NCBI GenBank assembly: GCA_028711115.1
Contig: JAQTSV010000001.1
Span: 70,032 to 134,031, forward strand
From: Candidatus Omnitrophota bacterium
GTDB lineage: Bacteria > Omnitrophota > Gorgyraeia > Velamenicoccales > JABMQK01
Reading direction: 5' to 3'
DNA: 64,000 nt
Positions 10,123 through 19,365 of the stretch are shown here, in pieces (the first letter of the stretch is position 1; every line of letters begins with the position of its first letter). The position numbers and the translations under genes are program-made. The notes under the pieces are model-generated. The model saw nothing but the letters and a program-made list of their open reading frames with translations. It had not been told where the DNA came from and made no database searches.

Positions 10123-11469
10123 TTAGTCCTTTGCATCTGCCTTACTATTATAAAGCAAATTCAGTCTTTCTTTAATCTTTTTTTCATACCCGATATCCTG
10201 GGGTGTATAGAAGTATATTTTGCGCTTTGTGTATTTTTGGTCTACAAAATGCCCCGGATAATCATGCGCATATTTATAATCTTTGCCTCTGCCTAACTTT
10301 TCCGCGCCTTTATATGAGGCGTCCTTTAAATGCTTGGGCACTTCCTGCACGCGCTCGGTCTCTATTTCCTGTATTGCCTTCTCAATGCCTAAATACGCGG
10401 CATTTGACTTTGGCGCACAAGCAATATAAACCGTTGCCTGTGCCAGCGGAATGCGCGCCTCAGGCATTCCCACAAAATCAGCGACGGAGAAAGCAGCTTC
10501 GGCTAAAACTACCGCCATGGGATCAGCATTGCCCACATCTTCTGACGCGCAGATACAAATTCTGCGCGCAATAAAACGCGGGTCTTCGCCAGCGCTAAGC
10601 ATCTTTGCCAGCCAGTAGAGCGCAGCGTCGGGATCAGAGCCGCGCATGGATTTTATAAACGCGGAAATCGTATCGTAGTGTTCGTCTTCGTCGCGGTCAT
10701 AACGTAAAGCCTTTTTCTGTATTGATTCCTGGGCCACTTCCAAATCAAAATGGATAATTCCGTCTTTGGCGGGTTTTGTCGTCTCAATACCAATCTCCAA
10801 AGCATTCAATGCCCTGCGCGCATCGCCTTCGCAGCTACCCGCCAGAAATTCCAATGCCTTATCATCAAATTTTATTTTCAGTTTACCAAAACCTGATGCC
10901 TGATTTTTTAAACTATTTTGCAAAATTTCCTTAATATCTTCTTTCTTCAGCGGCTGTAGTTCAAAAACCAAAGAGCGCGAAAGTAAAGGCGAGGTAAGAT
11001 AAAAAAACGGATTGTGCACAGTCGCCCCGATTAAAATAAAGCTTCCTTCCTCCAGGCCAGGCATCAACACATCCTGCTGCGCTTTATTAAAACGGTGAAT
11101 CTCGTCGATAAAAATAATGGTGCGCTCGCCTGTGCTGGATTTTCTAAAATTGGCTTTTTCAATTACCTTTCTTAATTCCTCGACTCCGGATGCCACGGCA
11201 TTGATGCGTTCGAAATGTGCCTTGGTTTTATTGGCCACAATGTGGGCAATGGTAGTTTTGCCTGTGCCAGGCGGCCCGTATAATATTAGAGAAGAAATCC
11301 TGTCTGCCTCAATTGCACGGCGCAACAGCTTGCCTTTTCCTATAATATGCCTCTGGCCCACAAAATCTTCCAGTGTCTGTGGACGCATGCGCACAGAAAG
11401 AGGCGAATCCGTAATTTTTGTCTTCTCTTGCGTAAATAAATCCATAAAATCTGAGTTTGGAGGATACAA
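10123..11469 (-). CDS. rarA: replication-associated recombination protein A (AAA+ ATPase)
   Basis: Walker A LYGPPGTGKTT, Walker B IIFIDEIHRFNK, and a MgsA C-terminal region. Confidence 0.9.
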   Translation of the reverse strand: MYPPNSDFMDLFTQEKTKITDSPLSVRMRPQTLEDFVGQRHIIGKGKLLRRAIEADRISSLILYGPPGTGKTTIAHIVANKTKAHFERINAVASGVEELRKVIEKANFRKSSTGERTIIFIDEIHRFNKAQQDVLMPGLEEGSFILIGATVHNPFFYLTSPLLSRSLVFELQPLKKEDIKEILQNSLKNQASGFGKLKIKFDDKALEFLAGSCEGDARRALNALEIGIETTKPAKDGIIHFDLEVAQESIQKKALRYDRDEDEHYDTISAFIKSMRGSDPDAALYWLAKMLSAGEDPRFIARRICICASEDVGNADPMAVVLAEAAFSVADFVGMPEARIPLAQATVYIACAPKSNAAYLGIEKAIQEIETERVQEVPKHLKDASYKGAEKLGRGKDYKYAHDYPGHFVDQKYTKRKIYFYTPQDIGYEKKIKERLNLLYNSKADAKD

Positions 11470-11649
11470 CCGGAAAGAAAGGATAGAAATTACCTAAAAA
11501 ATTACACGCCGCGCGATAAATGCACGACTGACGGCAGCGTAAAACTTCCAAGTAATCTATAATAGAGGCCAGTTGAAGCGACCAGTAGTCTGTATATTCG
11601 AAACTGCCTATTATTTCTTTCTTTCATTGTGTATCCTTGAAAACAAACC

Positions 11650-11806
11650 AAAAAAAACCCCGCTTTGTGCCGTTGGTTTAGATGCTCTGAACCTGTTAGT
11701 TTTAGGTGGGTGCTCTATCCTATTAATCTCGATTAATAGAAATCCAAAGCTCCCGTTAATTTGTTGTTGGTTCAACAATCACCACGCGCCAACGGACACT
11801 GCAGGG
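11650..11806 (-). ncRNA. candidate structured RNA of unknown class (or rarA 5' leader) ending in a U8 tract
   Basis: Lies in a 407-bp ORF-free gap between pheT and rarA. On the minus strand, CCCTGCAGTGTCCGTTGG can pair with CCAACGGCACAAAGCGGGG just before TTTTTTTT. This stem encloses hairpins TTGTTG-AAC-CAACAA and CTATTAATC-GAG-GATTAATAG. No known family was recognised by eye. Confidence 0.3.
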
Positions 11807-11876
11807 CTTATGTAAGAACTCTCATATCTGAAACCAATTGTAGCACACAAAACCCTGCCATGCAAGAAACAAATTT

Positions 11877-13919
11877 TTAGCGTATCTGTACGGCTAATTC
11901 TTTGTTTAACCGCCTGGTAATGCGCTGCTGCAAATCGCCTGCCTCTTCGTCTTTTAACGTGCGGTCTGCCAGGGCAAATTCCAAAGAAATAGTCAGGCCG
12001 ATACAGCCGGCAGCAATCTGCTCGCCTTTATATTTATCGATTAATTTGACGGCCTTAAGATATTCTCCTGCCTCCTGCCTGATTACATCCACAATCTCTT
12101 CGTATTGGACGGAGCTCTTTACAATTAAACTCATATCCCTGATTATGGAAGGAAACACCGGTAGGGGCATAAATTTTTTCTTATCTTTCCTGCATTGGTA
12201 TAAATCTTTTATAAAAATCTCGGTGTAAAACACCGGAGAGGGATTTTTGATGCCGAAATTTGACAATACACGGTTATCTATCCGTCCCTGAATACCAACT
12301 TCTCTACCCTGACAAACAATTTTGGCTGCCTCGCCCTGGGAAAACAAATTATTGCCTTCGCTGGCTATAAATTTAACCTCGCCAAAGCCCATGCGGCTGA
12401 TAAAATTCTCGATATCGCCTTTCAGGGAAAAAATATCGAATTCTTTTTTTATCTGCCAGCTGTCCACAAGTTTTCCAGTAGCAATCAAACCCAAACAAAG
12501 ATCTTCGCTGTAATCGCCGGTAAAAACATGCCCCAGTTCAAATAATTTTAAGTCCGTATTTTTGTGGTTTAAATTATAGGCCAGGCAATTCAGGAGTCCT
12601 GCGACAAGCCCGGGCCTTAAGCATTCCTGCTCGCTGCTCAAGGGATTTTCCAATCTTACGGCATCTTGGCCTGAGCAACTGGACTCTATCATATCTTTAC
12701 TGATAAGGCTGTAATTTATGGTCTCGTTAAAACCCAGAGCGCATAAAAGTCCGCGCATCTCGGGCTTTAGCATTTCTACGGGAGAATTTTCTATTCTGGC
12801 AGAACGTATGGCCGGCGCAGTAGAGGCAATCTTATCGTAGCCGTAGATACGGCTGAGCTCTTCGCTTAAATCTTCCTCGATTTTAATATCGCGCCGCAGC
12901 GCAGGAATTCTTACCGACAAAATATCTTTGGTAAGTTTTTTGCAGGAAAATCCCAAAGAGGTAAAAATTTGTTTTATCTTGTCGGTGCTTATATCCAAAC
13001 AAAGAAAATTGTTTGCCTTGGCGCAATCAAACCTGATTTGCTGGCTTGGAGAGGATAATTTTTTGCCTTCTGTCTTTTCATCAACGAATTTTCCGCCGGC
13101 AATCTCACAGATTAAATCTATGGCCCTGTTTTGCGCCTGGATTACTCTTGCAAAATCCACCTGGCGCTCAAAACGATACGATGAATCCGTGGATACTCCC
13201 AATTGGCGCGAAGCCCGTCGGATAAGCAGAGGCTGGAAATAAGCGCTCTCCAGCAAAATATTTTTGGTTTGGGGACTTACTTCGCTGAGCTTATCCCCCA
13301 TAATTCCGGCAATGGCTATGGCTTTATTTTTATCGCTTATAACTAAGATATTTTCATCTAATTTTCTCTCCACGCCGTCGATATTGAGGATCTTCTCGCC
13401 TTTTTTTGCCCGGCGCACAACAATCTGTTCTGTAATCTTATTGTAATCAAAGGCATGCAAGGGCTGGCCGTATTCCAAAAGGCAGTAATTGGTAATATCT
13501 ACGATATTATTCACGGAGCGCATACCCAAAGACTCGACTCTCTGGCGCAACCACTGCGGAGACTGCCCGACTTTGACATCCACAATCAAACAGCCGCGGT
13601 AAAACGCGCAATCTTTTTTGTTTTGTATACTGATAAAATCGGATTTTAAATATTTTTTTGATTTGTTTGGCCGCGGTTTTACTTTAGGGCTGGGGATTTT
13701 TAATCTGGAATTCGTAATGGCTGCAGCTTCCTGGGCAATGCCCAAAATACTCAGGCAATCTGATCTATTGGCGGTAACTTCCGCCTCAAATACCACGTCA
13801 TTATTATCTTGATGCCAGGAGCCGACCTCAAGTCCGGCCATTGTAAGTTTCTCAGCCAAAACTTTCGGGCTTACTTTAATTTGAACGTAATCTTTTAACC
13901 AGTTATAGGAAAATTTCAT
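11877..13919 (-). CDS. pheT: phenylalanine--tRNA ligase beta subunit (short form, lacks the N-terminal tRNA-binding OB insert)
   Basis: MKFSYNWLKDYV start, B3/4, B5 and C-terminal FDX-ACB-like regions. 680 aa. Confidence 0.9.
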   Translation of the reverse strand: MKFSYNWLKDYVQIKVSPKVLAEKLTMAGLEVGSWHQDNNDVVFEAEVTANRSDCLSILGIAQEAAAITNSRLKIPSPKVKPRPNKSKKYLKSDFISIQNKKDCAFYRGCLIVDVKVGQSPQWLRQRVESLGMRSVNNIVDITNYCLLEYGQPLHAFDYNKITEQIVVRRAKKGEKILNIDGVERKLDENILVISDKNKAIAIAGIMGDKLSEVSPQTKNILLESAYFQPLLIRRASRQLGVSTDSSYRFERQVDFARVIQAQNRAIDLICEIAGGKFVDEKTEGKKLSSPSQQIRFDCAKANNFLCLDISTDKIKQIFTSLGFSCKKLTKDILSVRIPALRRDIKIEEDLSEELSRIYGYDKIASTAPAIRSARIENSPVEMLKPEMRGLLCALGFNETINYSLISKDMIESSCSGQDAVRLENPLSSEQECLRPGLVAGLLNCLAYNLNHKNTDLKLFELGHVFTGDYSEDLCLGLIATGKLVDSWQIKKEFDIFSLKGDIENFISRMGFGEVKFIASEGNNLFSQGEAAKIVCQGREVGIQGRIDNRVLSNFGIKNPSPVFYTEIFIKDLYQCRKDKKKFMPLPVFPSIIRDMSLIVKSSVQYEEIVDVIRQEAGEYLKAVKLIDKYKGEQIAAGCIGLTISLEFALADRTLKDEEAGDLQQRITRRLNKELAVQIR

Positions 13920-13929
13920 AAATGAGCTC

Positions 13930-14009
13930 CAAACTTATGGAACAAAGTGAACATAAGTTTGATGAGCGAATTTACCCCCCCTTCTTGCTTTCGCAAGAAA
14001 GCAGGGGGG
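13930..14009. repeat. two strong hairpins in the pheS-pheT spacer
   Basis: CAAACTTATG (13930-13939) pairs with CATAAGTTTG (13952-13961). A nested hairpin CCCCCCC-TTCTTGC-TTTC-GCAAGAA-AGCA-GGGGGG spans 13975-14009. Confidence 0.7.
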
Positions 14010-14018
14010 ATACGCTCA

Positions 14019-15107
14019 CTAAAATTGTTTTAAAAACCTCAAATCATTCTCAAAAAATATGCGGATGTCGTCGATGCCGTATTTTAACATGGTGATTCTT
14101 TCCACGCCCATGCCAAAGGCAAATCCGGTGAATTTACCGTCGGAATAACCCACTGCTTTAAAAACATTGGGATGAATCATACCGCAGCCTAAAATTTCCA
14201 GCCAGCCTTTTCCTTTGCACACAGAACAAGTTTTAGCCAAAGACTTTCCTTCTCCGCCGCAAATAATACAGGAAATATCCACTTCCGCGGAGGGCTCAGT
14301 AAAAGGGAAAAAGTGCGGCCGAAAACGCATCTTGGTATCGGCGCCGAACATTATTTTGCTGAATTCTTCCAAAACTCCTTTTAAGTCGGAAAATTTTACG
14401 TCCTTGTCCACGAGAAATCCTTCCACCTGATGAAACATAAACGAGTGCGAGGCATCAGTGGCATCCGGACGGTAAACCTTTCCCGGGACTATCGCTGCCA
14501 CCGGCGGTTTATATTTTTTCATTACCCTGATTTGCCCGGGCGAGGTGTGGCTGCGCAGCAATAAACGCTGGTTCGCCTTGGGCTTTTGTTGTTTTTTTTC
14601 TGTGTTATCAGTATCTTTTGCTGCAAATCCTGTATCCAGATAAAATGTATCGAAAGGATCGCAAGACGGATGATTTAAGGGTATGTTTAAGGCCTGAAAA
14701 TTGTTGTATTCGGTTTCTATTTCCGGGCCTTCAAATAATTTAAATCCCAGGGAGACAAAAATCCCGCAGATTTCATCCATCACCTGCGTAAGCGGATGTT
14801 TGTTGCCGATATCCTGAATTGTCCCGGGCAGCGTGATATCGACTGAGCGGGGCTTCTGAAAACTGGCCTGCCTGGAGAGAATGGCGCGGTGTGAATCTAT
14901 TAAATCCTTTAGTTGATTTTTTAAAGAGTTTATATCACGGCCTGCATCCGGCCGCTGCTCGGCGGCTAAGGAAGGGATCTGAGAGGTTAGTTCTGCTATT
15001 ACGCCTTTTCTGCCCAGGTATTTTACAGAAAACGCCTCCAGGGCTTCGAGGGAATTTATTTTATCTATATCAGAATCTATCTGCGCTTTAACAGACTTAA
15101 TATCCAT
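14019..15107 (-). CDS. pheS: phenylalanine--tRNA ligase alpha subunit
   Basis: Class II core motifs (FRPHFFPFTEPSAEVD, GFAFGMGVERI). Contains a Cys-rich insert, CIICGGEGKSLAKTCSVCKGKGW. Confidence 0.95.
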   Translation of the reverse strand: MDIKSVKAQIDSDIDKINSLEALEAFSVKYLGRKGVIAELTSQIPSLAAEQRPDAGRDINSLKNQLKDLIDSHRAILSRQASFQKPRSVDITLPGTIQDIGNKHPLTQVMDEICGIFVSLGFKLFEGPEIETEYNNFQALNIPLNHPSCDPFDTFYLDTGFAAKDTDNTEKKQQKPKANQRLLLRSHTSPGQIRVMKKYKPPVAAIVPGKVYRPDATDASHSFMFHQVEGFLVDKDVKFSDLKGVLEEFSKIMFGADTKMRFRPHFFPFTEPSAEVDISCIICGGEGKSLAKTCSVCKGKGWLEILGCGMIHPNVFKAVGYSDGKFTGFAFGMGVERITMLKYGIDDIRIFFENDLRFLKQF

Positions 15108-15619
15108 ATGAAAAAGAGTACGGCTAATAATGTAATGACATAATTTTTTTTGCCGCTATCCAGCGATTCCTCTATATCGTCTCCCGGGACTATTTTGCGT
15201 ATGGACACGGCGTGGATATCCAGGTCACCGCCGTGCTGTAAGCAGGCGCGGTGAAAAATGCCGTTAACCGCAACCACATCACCTTTGGATTTATAACCGC
15301 CGGTATAGAGTATATCTTTGACCAAATCCTTTTCTATCCAGATGCCAATGGCACCTTGCCCGTCATTAATATTTAACCAGCAGTATTGGCCGCGCGCCAT
15401 AATATCGCCGATGACCTCGCCTTCATAAGTTACATTTTTACCGTCGTACTGCTTGGCATTATTTATAAGCTCGGAGCTAGAAATTGTATCCGCAAATGCA
15501 TTACAAAGCGTAAAGTGCAAAGCGCAAAGCGCAAAACTAAAACTTAAAACACATAACTTTAAGTTTTGAGCTTTATGTCGTAGTTTTTCATTTTTCGCTT
15601 TAAGTTTTAAGCTGATCAT
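15077..15619 (-). CDS. hypothetical secreted/membrane-anchored protein, possible OB-fold (BOF/YgiW-like)
   Basis: N-terminal signal-like segment ends in NAFA and a C-terminal TM helix follows (ITLLAVLFFIWILSLL). The start overlaps the trkH stop (TAATG). The N-terminal 40 codons are encoded by a low-complexity palindromic repeat. Confidence 0.5.
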   Translation of the reverse strand: MISLKLKAKNEKLRHKAQNLKLCVLSFSFALCALHFTLCNAFADTISSSELINNAKQYDGKNVTYEGEVIGDIMARGQYCWLNINDGQGAIGIWIEKDLVKDILYTGGYKSKGDVVAVNGIFHRACLQHGGDLDIHAVSIRKIVPGDDIEESLDSGKKNYVITLLAVLFFIWILSLLKRR

Positions 15620-17121
15620 TATTTTCCCCTAATTGCCGCCACAAAAATTCCCGCTAAAACAAATACGGACATAAACTCCAAACGTCCTGCCCACATCTGG
15701 ATTATGTAGGTAAGTTTTAAAGCTGCAGGCATACCTATATTTGTGATGCCGCAGGACAACCCCACATTTGCGGCCGCAGAAGTGGATTCAAATAAAGAAT
15801 TCAGAAATGGATAGCCGAATAACATCCCCACAATCGCCCCTGCACCATACAATACTAAATAAGCCAGCGTGATTGTAAGCGCTGAACGCACTTGTTTGTC
15901 TTCCAAAAACACCTCTTTTATGTGATGAAGCTTCTTAATCACTATTGCCTTATCCGGAAGCATTATTTTTTTTAAATCCTGTTGCAGTGCTTTGTAAATA
16001 ATCCCCACGCGTAACATTTTTATAGCACCTGTGGTTGAACATGTTGCGCCGCCCAAGGCCATAGCGCATATTATTCCCACCAGAGCCAGGTCTCCCCATT
16101 CATTAATAAACTGCCTGGCATATACCGTCATGAAACCCGTGCCCGTATGGCCGGACACAAGCTGATAAAAACCCTTGCGGAATAAAACCAGTGCCTGGGG
16201 ATATGTGCTTAATTGATATAGTCCCACTGCAGTAATAAAAAATGTAATTGTGACTGTGATAAAAAGCGATTTTGTCTCGATGTTTCTGAATATCTCTTTG
16301 AAATTGCCTGTCCAGAGATGGTAATGCAATTTAAAATTTATAGCGCCTAAAATCATGATAATAATCGTGATAACTTCATAAGTCAGGCTGTGGTAGTAAA
16401 GTATACTTTGTGATTGGGGGGTAAATCCGCCGGTATCAAAAGCTGCCATAAACACACAGGCGCCGTGGAAAAACGAATTCACCGGCTTCATTCCGTTTAA
16501 TATGCCTGTCACGCCAAGGGCAAAGGTGCCTAAAATCAAATAAACAATGCTCACTAACCAGATAAACCTTGATGTGCTTATCACATTGGGTAATACTTTC
16601 TCGTCGCGAGCCTCACCCACATACATCTTGAATGCCCCGGCAAAACCCTTAACGAACAATGAGAGCGCAACGATTACGATTCCCTGGCCGCCGATAAACA
16701 TAATCAGGTGCCGCCAAATATTATGCGCATAAGATAAGTGGTCCAAATCCTGAACCAAGGCCAATCCTGTCGTGGCAAAACCGGACATCGCATCAAAACA
16801 GGCGTCAAGGTATGATTTCCAGTGCCCGCTTAAAAATAAAGGTATGGCTCCCAAAAGCGTGGCCACCAGCCACGACAAAGATACCACAATCATCCCCTGC
16901 ATCCAATTTAAATCTTTCCGAGTAAAGCATAGCGTGGTCAAAATCAGCCCGACGATATAGGTTAAAGCAATGCTGATTAAAAAATCCATTGTAGGATTTA
17001 TCTCTTTAAATGCCATACCTATAATAATCGGCACAACCATCGTAAGGGCCAAGCCCAAAATAATCCTGCCTAAATAATAACCGATTATTTTAAAATCTTC
17101 TGTTTGGGGTTTAAGAATCAT
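15619..17121 (-). CDS. trkH: TrkH/KtrB-family potassium uptake membrane subunit
   Basis: 500-aa polytopic membrane protein with repeated M1-P-M2 units and glycine-containing selectivity-filter-like segments. Adjacent to two TrkA genes. Confidence 0.85.
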   Translation of the reverse strand: MILKPQTEDFKIIGYYLGRIILGLALTMVVPIIIGMAFKEINPTMDFLISIALTYIVGLILTTLCFTRKDLNWMQGMIVVSLSWLVATLLGAIPLFLSGHWKSYLDACFDAMSGFATTGLALVQDLDHLSYAHNIWRHLIMFIGGQGIVIVALSLFVKGFAGAFKMYVGEARDEKVLPNVISTSRFIWLVSIVYLILGTFALGVTGILNGMKPVNSFFHGACVFMAAFDTGGFTPQSQSILYYHSLTYEVITIIIMILGAINFKLHYHLWTGNFKEIFRNIETKSLFITVTITFFITAVGLYQLSTYPQALVLFRKGFYQLVSGHTGTGFMTVYARQFINEWGDLALVGIICAMALGGATCSTTGAIKMLRVGIIYKALQQDLKKIMLPDKAIVIKKLHHIKEVFLEDKQVRSALTITLAYLVLYGAGAIVGMLFGYPFLNSLFESTSAAANVGLSCGITNIGMPAALKLTYIIQMWAGRLEFMSVFVLAGIFVAAIRGK

Positions 17122-17142
17122 ATTTATAGAAAATCTGCAGCA

Positions 17143-17250
17143 CTAAGACAGAGCTAAACATATTAAAAATGCCACTGCCATAATTGCAAAAGCGTATAGA
17201 ATCTCTGTGGCAATACCTAAGGCAGTATTCGATAGTGTTTTTATTTTCAT
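17143..17250 (-). CDS. possible 35-aa hydrophobic micro-protein between trkA and trkH
   Basis: Hand translation: MKIKTLSNTALGIATEILYAFAIMAVAFLICLALS, a single TM helix. It fills most of the 143-nt trkA-trkH gap. No convincing RBS was seen. Confidence 0.25.
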   Translation of the reverse strand: MKIKTLSNTALGIATEILYAFAIMAVAFLICLALS

Positions 17251-17264
17251 TTTATGGATATGTT

Positions 17265-17930
17265 CTAATCCAGTTTACCGACCAGTAAATTTAACAGCTG
17301 TGGTTCGTTGCCGACCAAAGTAAGGGCGATAATATCGTCGCCGGGTTTTAAAACTGTGTTGCCTTTGGGGATAATTACCTCTTCCCCTCTTAAAATGGAA
17401 ACCAGGGCTGAGTTTTCCGGGAATAAAATATCGTGCACGGTTTTATTTATTACGGGAGAGCTCTCGGGCAGGTCTACGCGCACAATGGCAAGCTTGCCGC
17501 GTTTGAAACTCATAAGATTCACCAGGTCTGACAAAGAAACTTCCTCTTCGATAATCTTGGCAATAATCTTGGTGGAATCTATGGGCACATCAATACCTAA
17601 TTCGGAGAATGCGCGTTCATTGTCGGGGTTATTGACCCTGCCTACGGTGCGTTCAATGTTAAATCTTTCTTTGGCCAACTGGCAGATAATGAGATTATCT
17701 TCGTCATCGCCGGTAACTGCCGTAACTACATTAGCCCGGCTTATGCCTGCGTCTTCCAAAGTCTTGGGGTCGCAGCCATCGCCGTTAATGACCAAGGCCT
17801 CTAAACCCTTGGCAATCTCTTCGCATAACACCTTGTCTCTCTCCACAACCACGACGGTATTTTTGCCTGCGCAAAGCCTTTTAGCTAAAAAATAACCTAC
17901 CTTGCCTGCACCAACAATTATAATATACAT
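17265..17930 (-). CDS. trkA: TrkA/KtrA-family K+ transport regulatory subunit (RCK N+C domains)
   Basis: Rossmann motif IIVGAGKVGYFLAKRL followed by a TrkA-C domain. 221 aa. Confidence 0.9.
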   Translation of the reverse strand: MYIIIVGAGKVGYFLAKRLCAGKNTVVVVERDKVLCEEIAKGLEALVINGDGCDPKTLEDAGISRANVVTAVTGDDEDNLIICQLAKERFNIERTVGRVNNPDNERAFSELGIDVPIDSTKIIAKIIEEEVSLSDLVNLMSFKRGKLAIVRVDLPESSPVINKTVHDILFPENSALVSILRGEEVIIPKGNTVLKPGDDIIALTLVGNEPQLLNLLVGKLD

Positions 17931-17946
17931 ATCGCACCTTCTAGTT

Positions 17947-18591
17947 TTAGAGCTTAAATTTTTCTTTTATCTTATCTAAGCTCGTTACCTTAACCACTGC
18001 CATTAATGTATCTTTTGGTTTTAAAACGGTATTTGTATCGGGAAGAATTACCCCATACACTCTTCTTATTGCCACAACCATTAATTCGCCGGGCATATTA
18101 ATATCCTGGATGGTCTTGCCTATCAAACTATCCTTTACCCCGATTTCCAAAACGCCCAGTTCTTTGCTTTCAATTAAGTAGCTGGAAAAACGGCTTTCAA
18201 TAATCTTGTCTCTGATCATGGCAGCAAAAAGAATGGTGCCGCTTATAACATCCATGCCCAAAGCCGTATAGATGTGCGCACGCTGTGGATCATATACACG
18301 CGCAATTACCTTGGGAATTTTAAATATCTTTTTGGCTACCTGGGCTGAGATGAGATTGGTGTTGTCGCCGTTTGTCACTGTGCAAAAGGCATCTGCCTTT
18401 TCCGCGCCTGCCTGTTTTAACAATTTTATGTCGAAACCATTGCCGACCAGGGTCAGGCCGTTGAAGGTATTGCCCAGGCGGTCAAAAGATGCGGGATTCT
18501 TGTCGATGACAACTACATTATGGCTTTCGCCGGATAATAACTTGGCGAGTTCTGAACCAACACGTCCACAACCAACAATAATTACATACAT
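17947..18591 (-). CDS. trkA: TrkA/KtrA-family K+ transport regulatory subunit, second paralogue
   Basis: IIVGCGRVGSELAKLL Rossmann motif followed by a TrkA-C domain. 214 aa. Confidence 0.9.
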   Translation of the reverse strand: MYVIIVGCGRVGSELAKLLSGESHNVVVIDKNPASFDRLGNTFNGLTLVGNGFDIKLLKQAGAEKADAFCTVTNGDNTNLISAQVAKKIFKIPKVIARVYDPQRAHIYTALGMDVISGTILFAAMIRDKIIESRFSSYLIESKELGVLEIGVKDSLIGKTIQDINMPGELMVVAIRRVYGVILPDTNTVLKPKDTLMAVVKVTSLDKIKEKFKL

Positions 18592-18658
18592 CTTTGCCTC
18601 TTTTTTTAATAAGCGCTGGCTTAGGCAATAAAATTCTGCGCCTAAGTTACAGGCTTAT

Positions 18659-19006
18659 TTATTTTTTGCAAAGTTCGACTATCTTCTTAAATACCTTGGG
18701 ATCCCTGGCGGCTAAATCTGCCAGCGCCTTACGATCCAAAGCTACTTTTGTATTTTTTAACTTGTGTATAAACTGGCTGTAGGTAGTTCCCAGCTCTCTG
18801 CAGGCTGCGTTGATACGGCTGATCCACAGCTGCCTGAACTCTCTCTTTTTTACGCGCCTGTCTCTATAGGCATATACCAAGTCGCGGGCCGTGGTTTCTT
18901 CTGCCAGTCTATACCAGCGGCGGGCAGCACCATAATGGCCCTTGGCCAATTTCATTACCTTCTTTTTTCTCGCACGTGTGCGTACACTATGTTTTACTCT
19001 AGCCAT
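18659..19006 (-). CDS. rplT: 50S ribosomal protein L20
   Basis: MARVKHSVRTRARKKKVMKLAKGHYG. 115 aa. Confidence 0.97.
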   Translation of the reverse strand: MARVKHSVRTRARKKKVMKLAKGHYGAARRWYRLAEETTARDLVYAYRDRRVKKREFRQLWISRINAACRELGTTYSQFIHKLKNTKVALDRKALADLAARDPKVFKKIVELCKK

Positions 19007-19190
19007 AAGGCAACAACCTCCTTACCTGTTTCATGTCTCGGGAATCGACTAATGCCGCGTGTCTTAAGTTTCGCTTACGCGTTTTGGATTTATGGCCCAG
19101 CAAATGGCCTTTATAAGCGCGCGTGCGTTTGATTTTACCCCTGCCTGTGAATTTAAAACGCTTTGCTACTGAACGATTTGTCTTTAACAT
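18999..19190 (-). CDS. rpmI: 50S ribosomal protein L35
   Basis: MLKTNRSVAKRFKFTGRGKIKR. 63 aa. GGAG lies 6 nt upstream of the ATG. Confidence 0.95.
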   Translation of the reverse strand: MLKTNRSVAKRFKFTGRGKIKRTRAYKGHLLGHKSKTRKRNLRHAALVDSRDMKQVRRLLPYG

Positions 19191-19224
19191 AACTTATCTC
19201 CGTTGTTCAATGAATGGTTAAATT

Positions 19225-19365
19225 CTAAATCCGAAATCCTAAATCCGAAACAAATTCGAAATCCGAATATAAAAATGTCTCAAGCTGTTTTTATTCTGGT
19301 AATTTGAATTTAGAAAATTAGAAAATTGTTTCGTATTTAGATATTCGATATTCGGATTTAAATTC
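19225..19365. repeat. AT-rich imperfect inverted repeat in the infC-rpmI spacer (possible L20-type operator or MITE-like element)
   Basis: Reiterated AAATCCGAAA words. AAATCCGAATAT (19259-19270) is the exact complement of ATATTCGGATTT (19348-19359). The flanking arms are imperfectly complementary over about 50 nt. Confidence 0.6.

Noticed and set aside
11470-11876. RNase P RNA. The gap length (~400 nt) and an ACACTGCAGGGCTTAT string resemble the conserved ACAGAACCCGGCTTAT.
   Set aside because: No GGAAAGTCC (CR-I / P4 5' strand) is present on either strand, and no complementary partner for a P4 helix was found. The resemblance is 11 of 16 positions only.
19225-19365. Possible small CRISPR array, because of the reiterated AAATCCGAAA words
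   Set aside because: The repeat units are about 10-14 nt, irregularly spaced, with no unique spacers of spacer-like length, and no cas genes are nearby. It is an inverted, low-complexity repeat.
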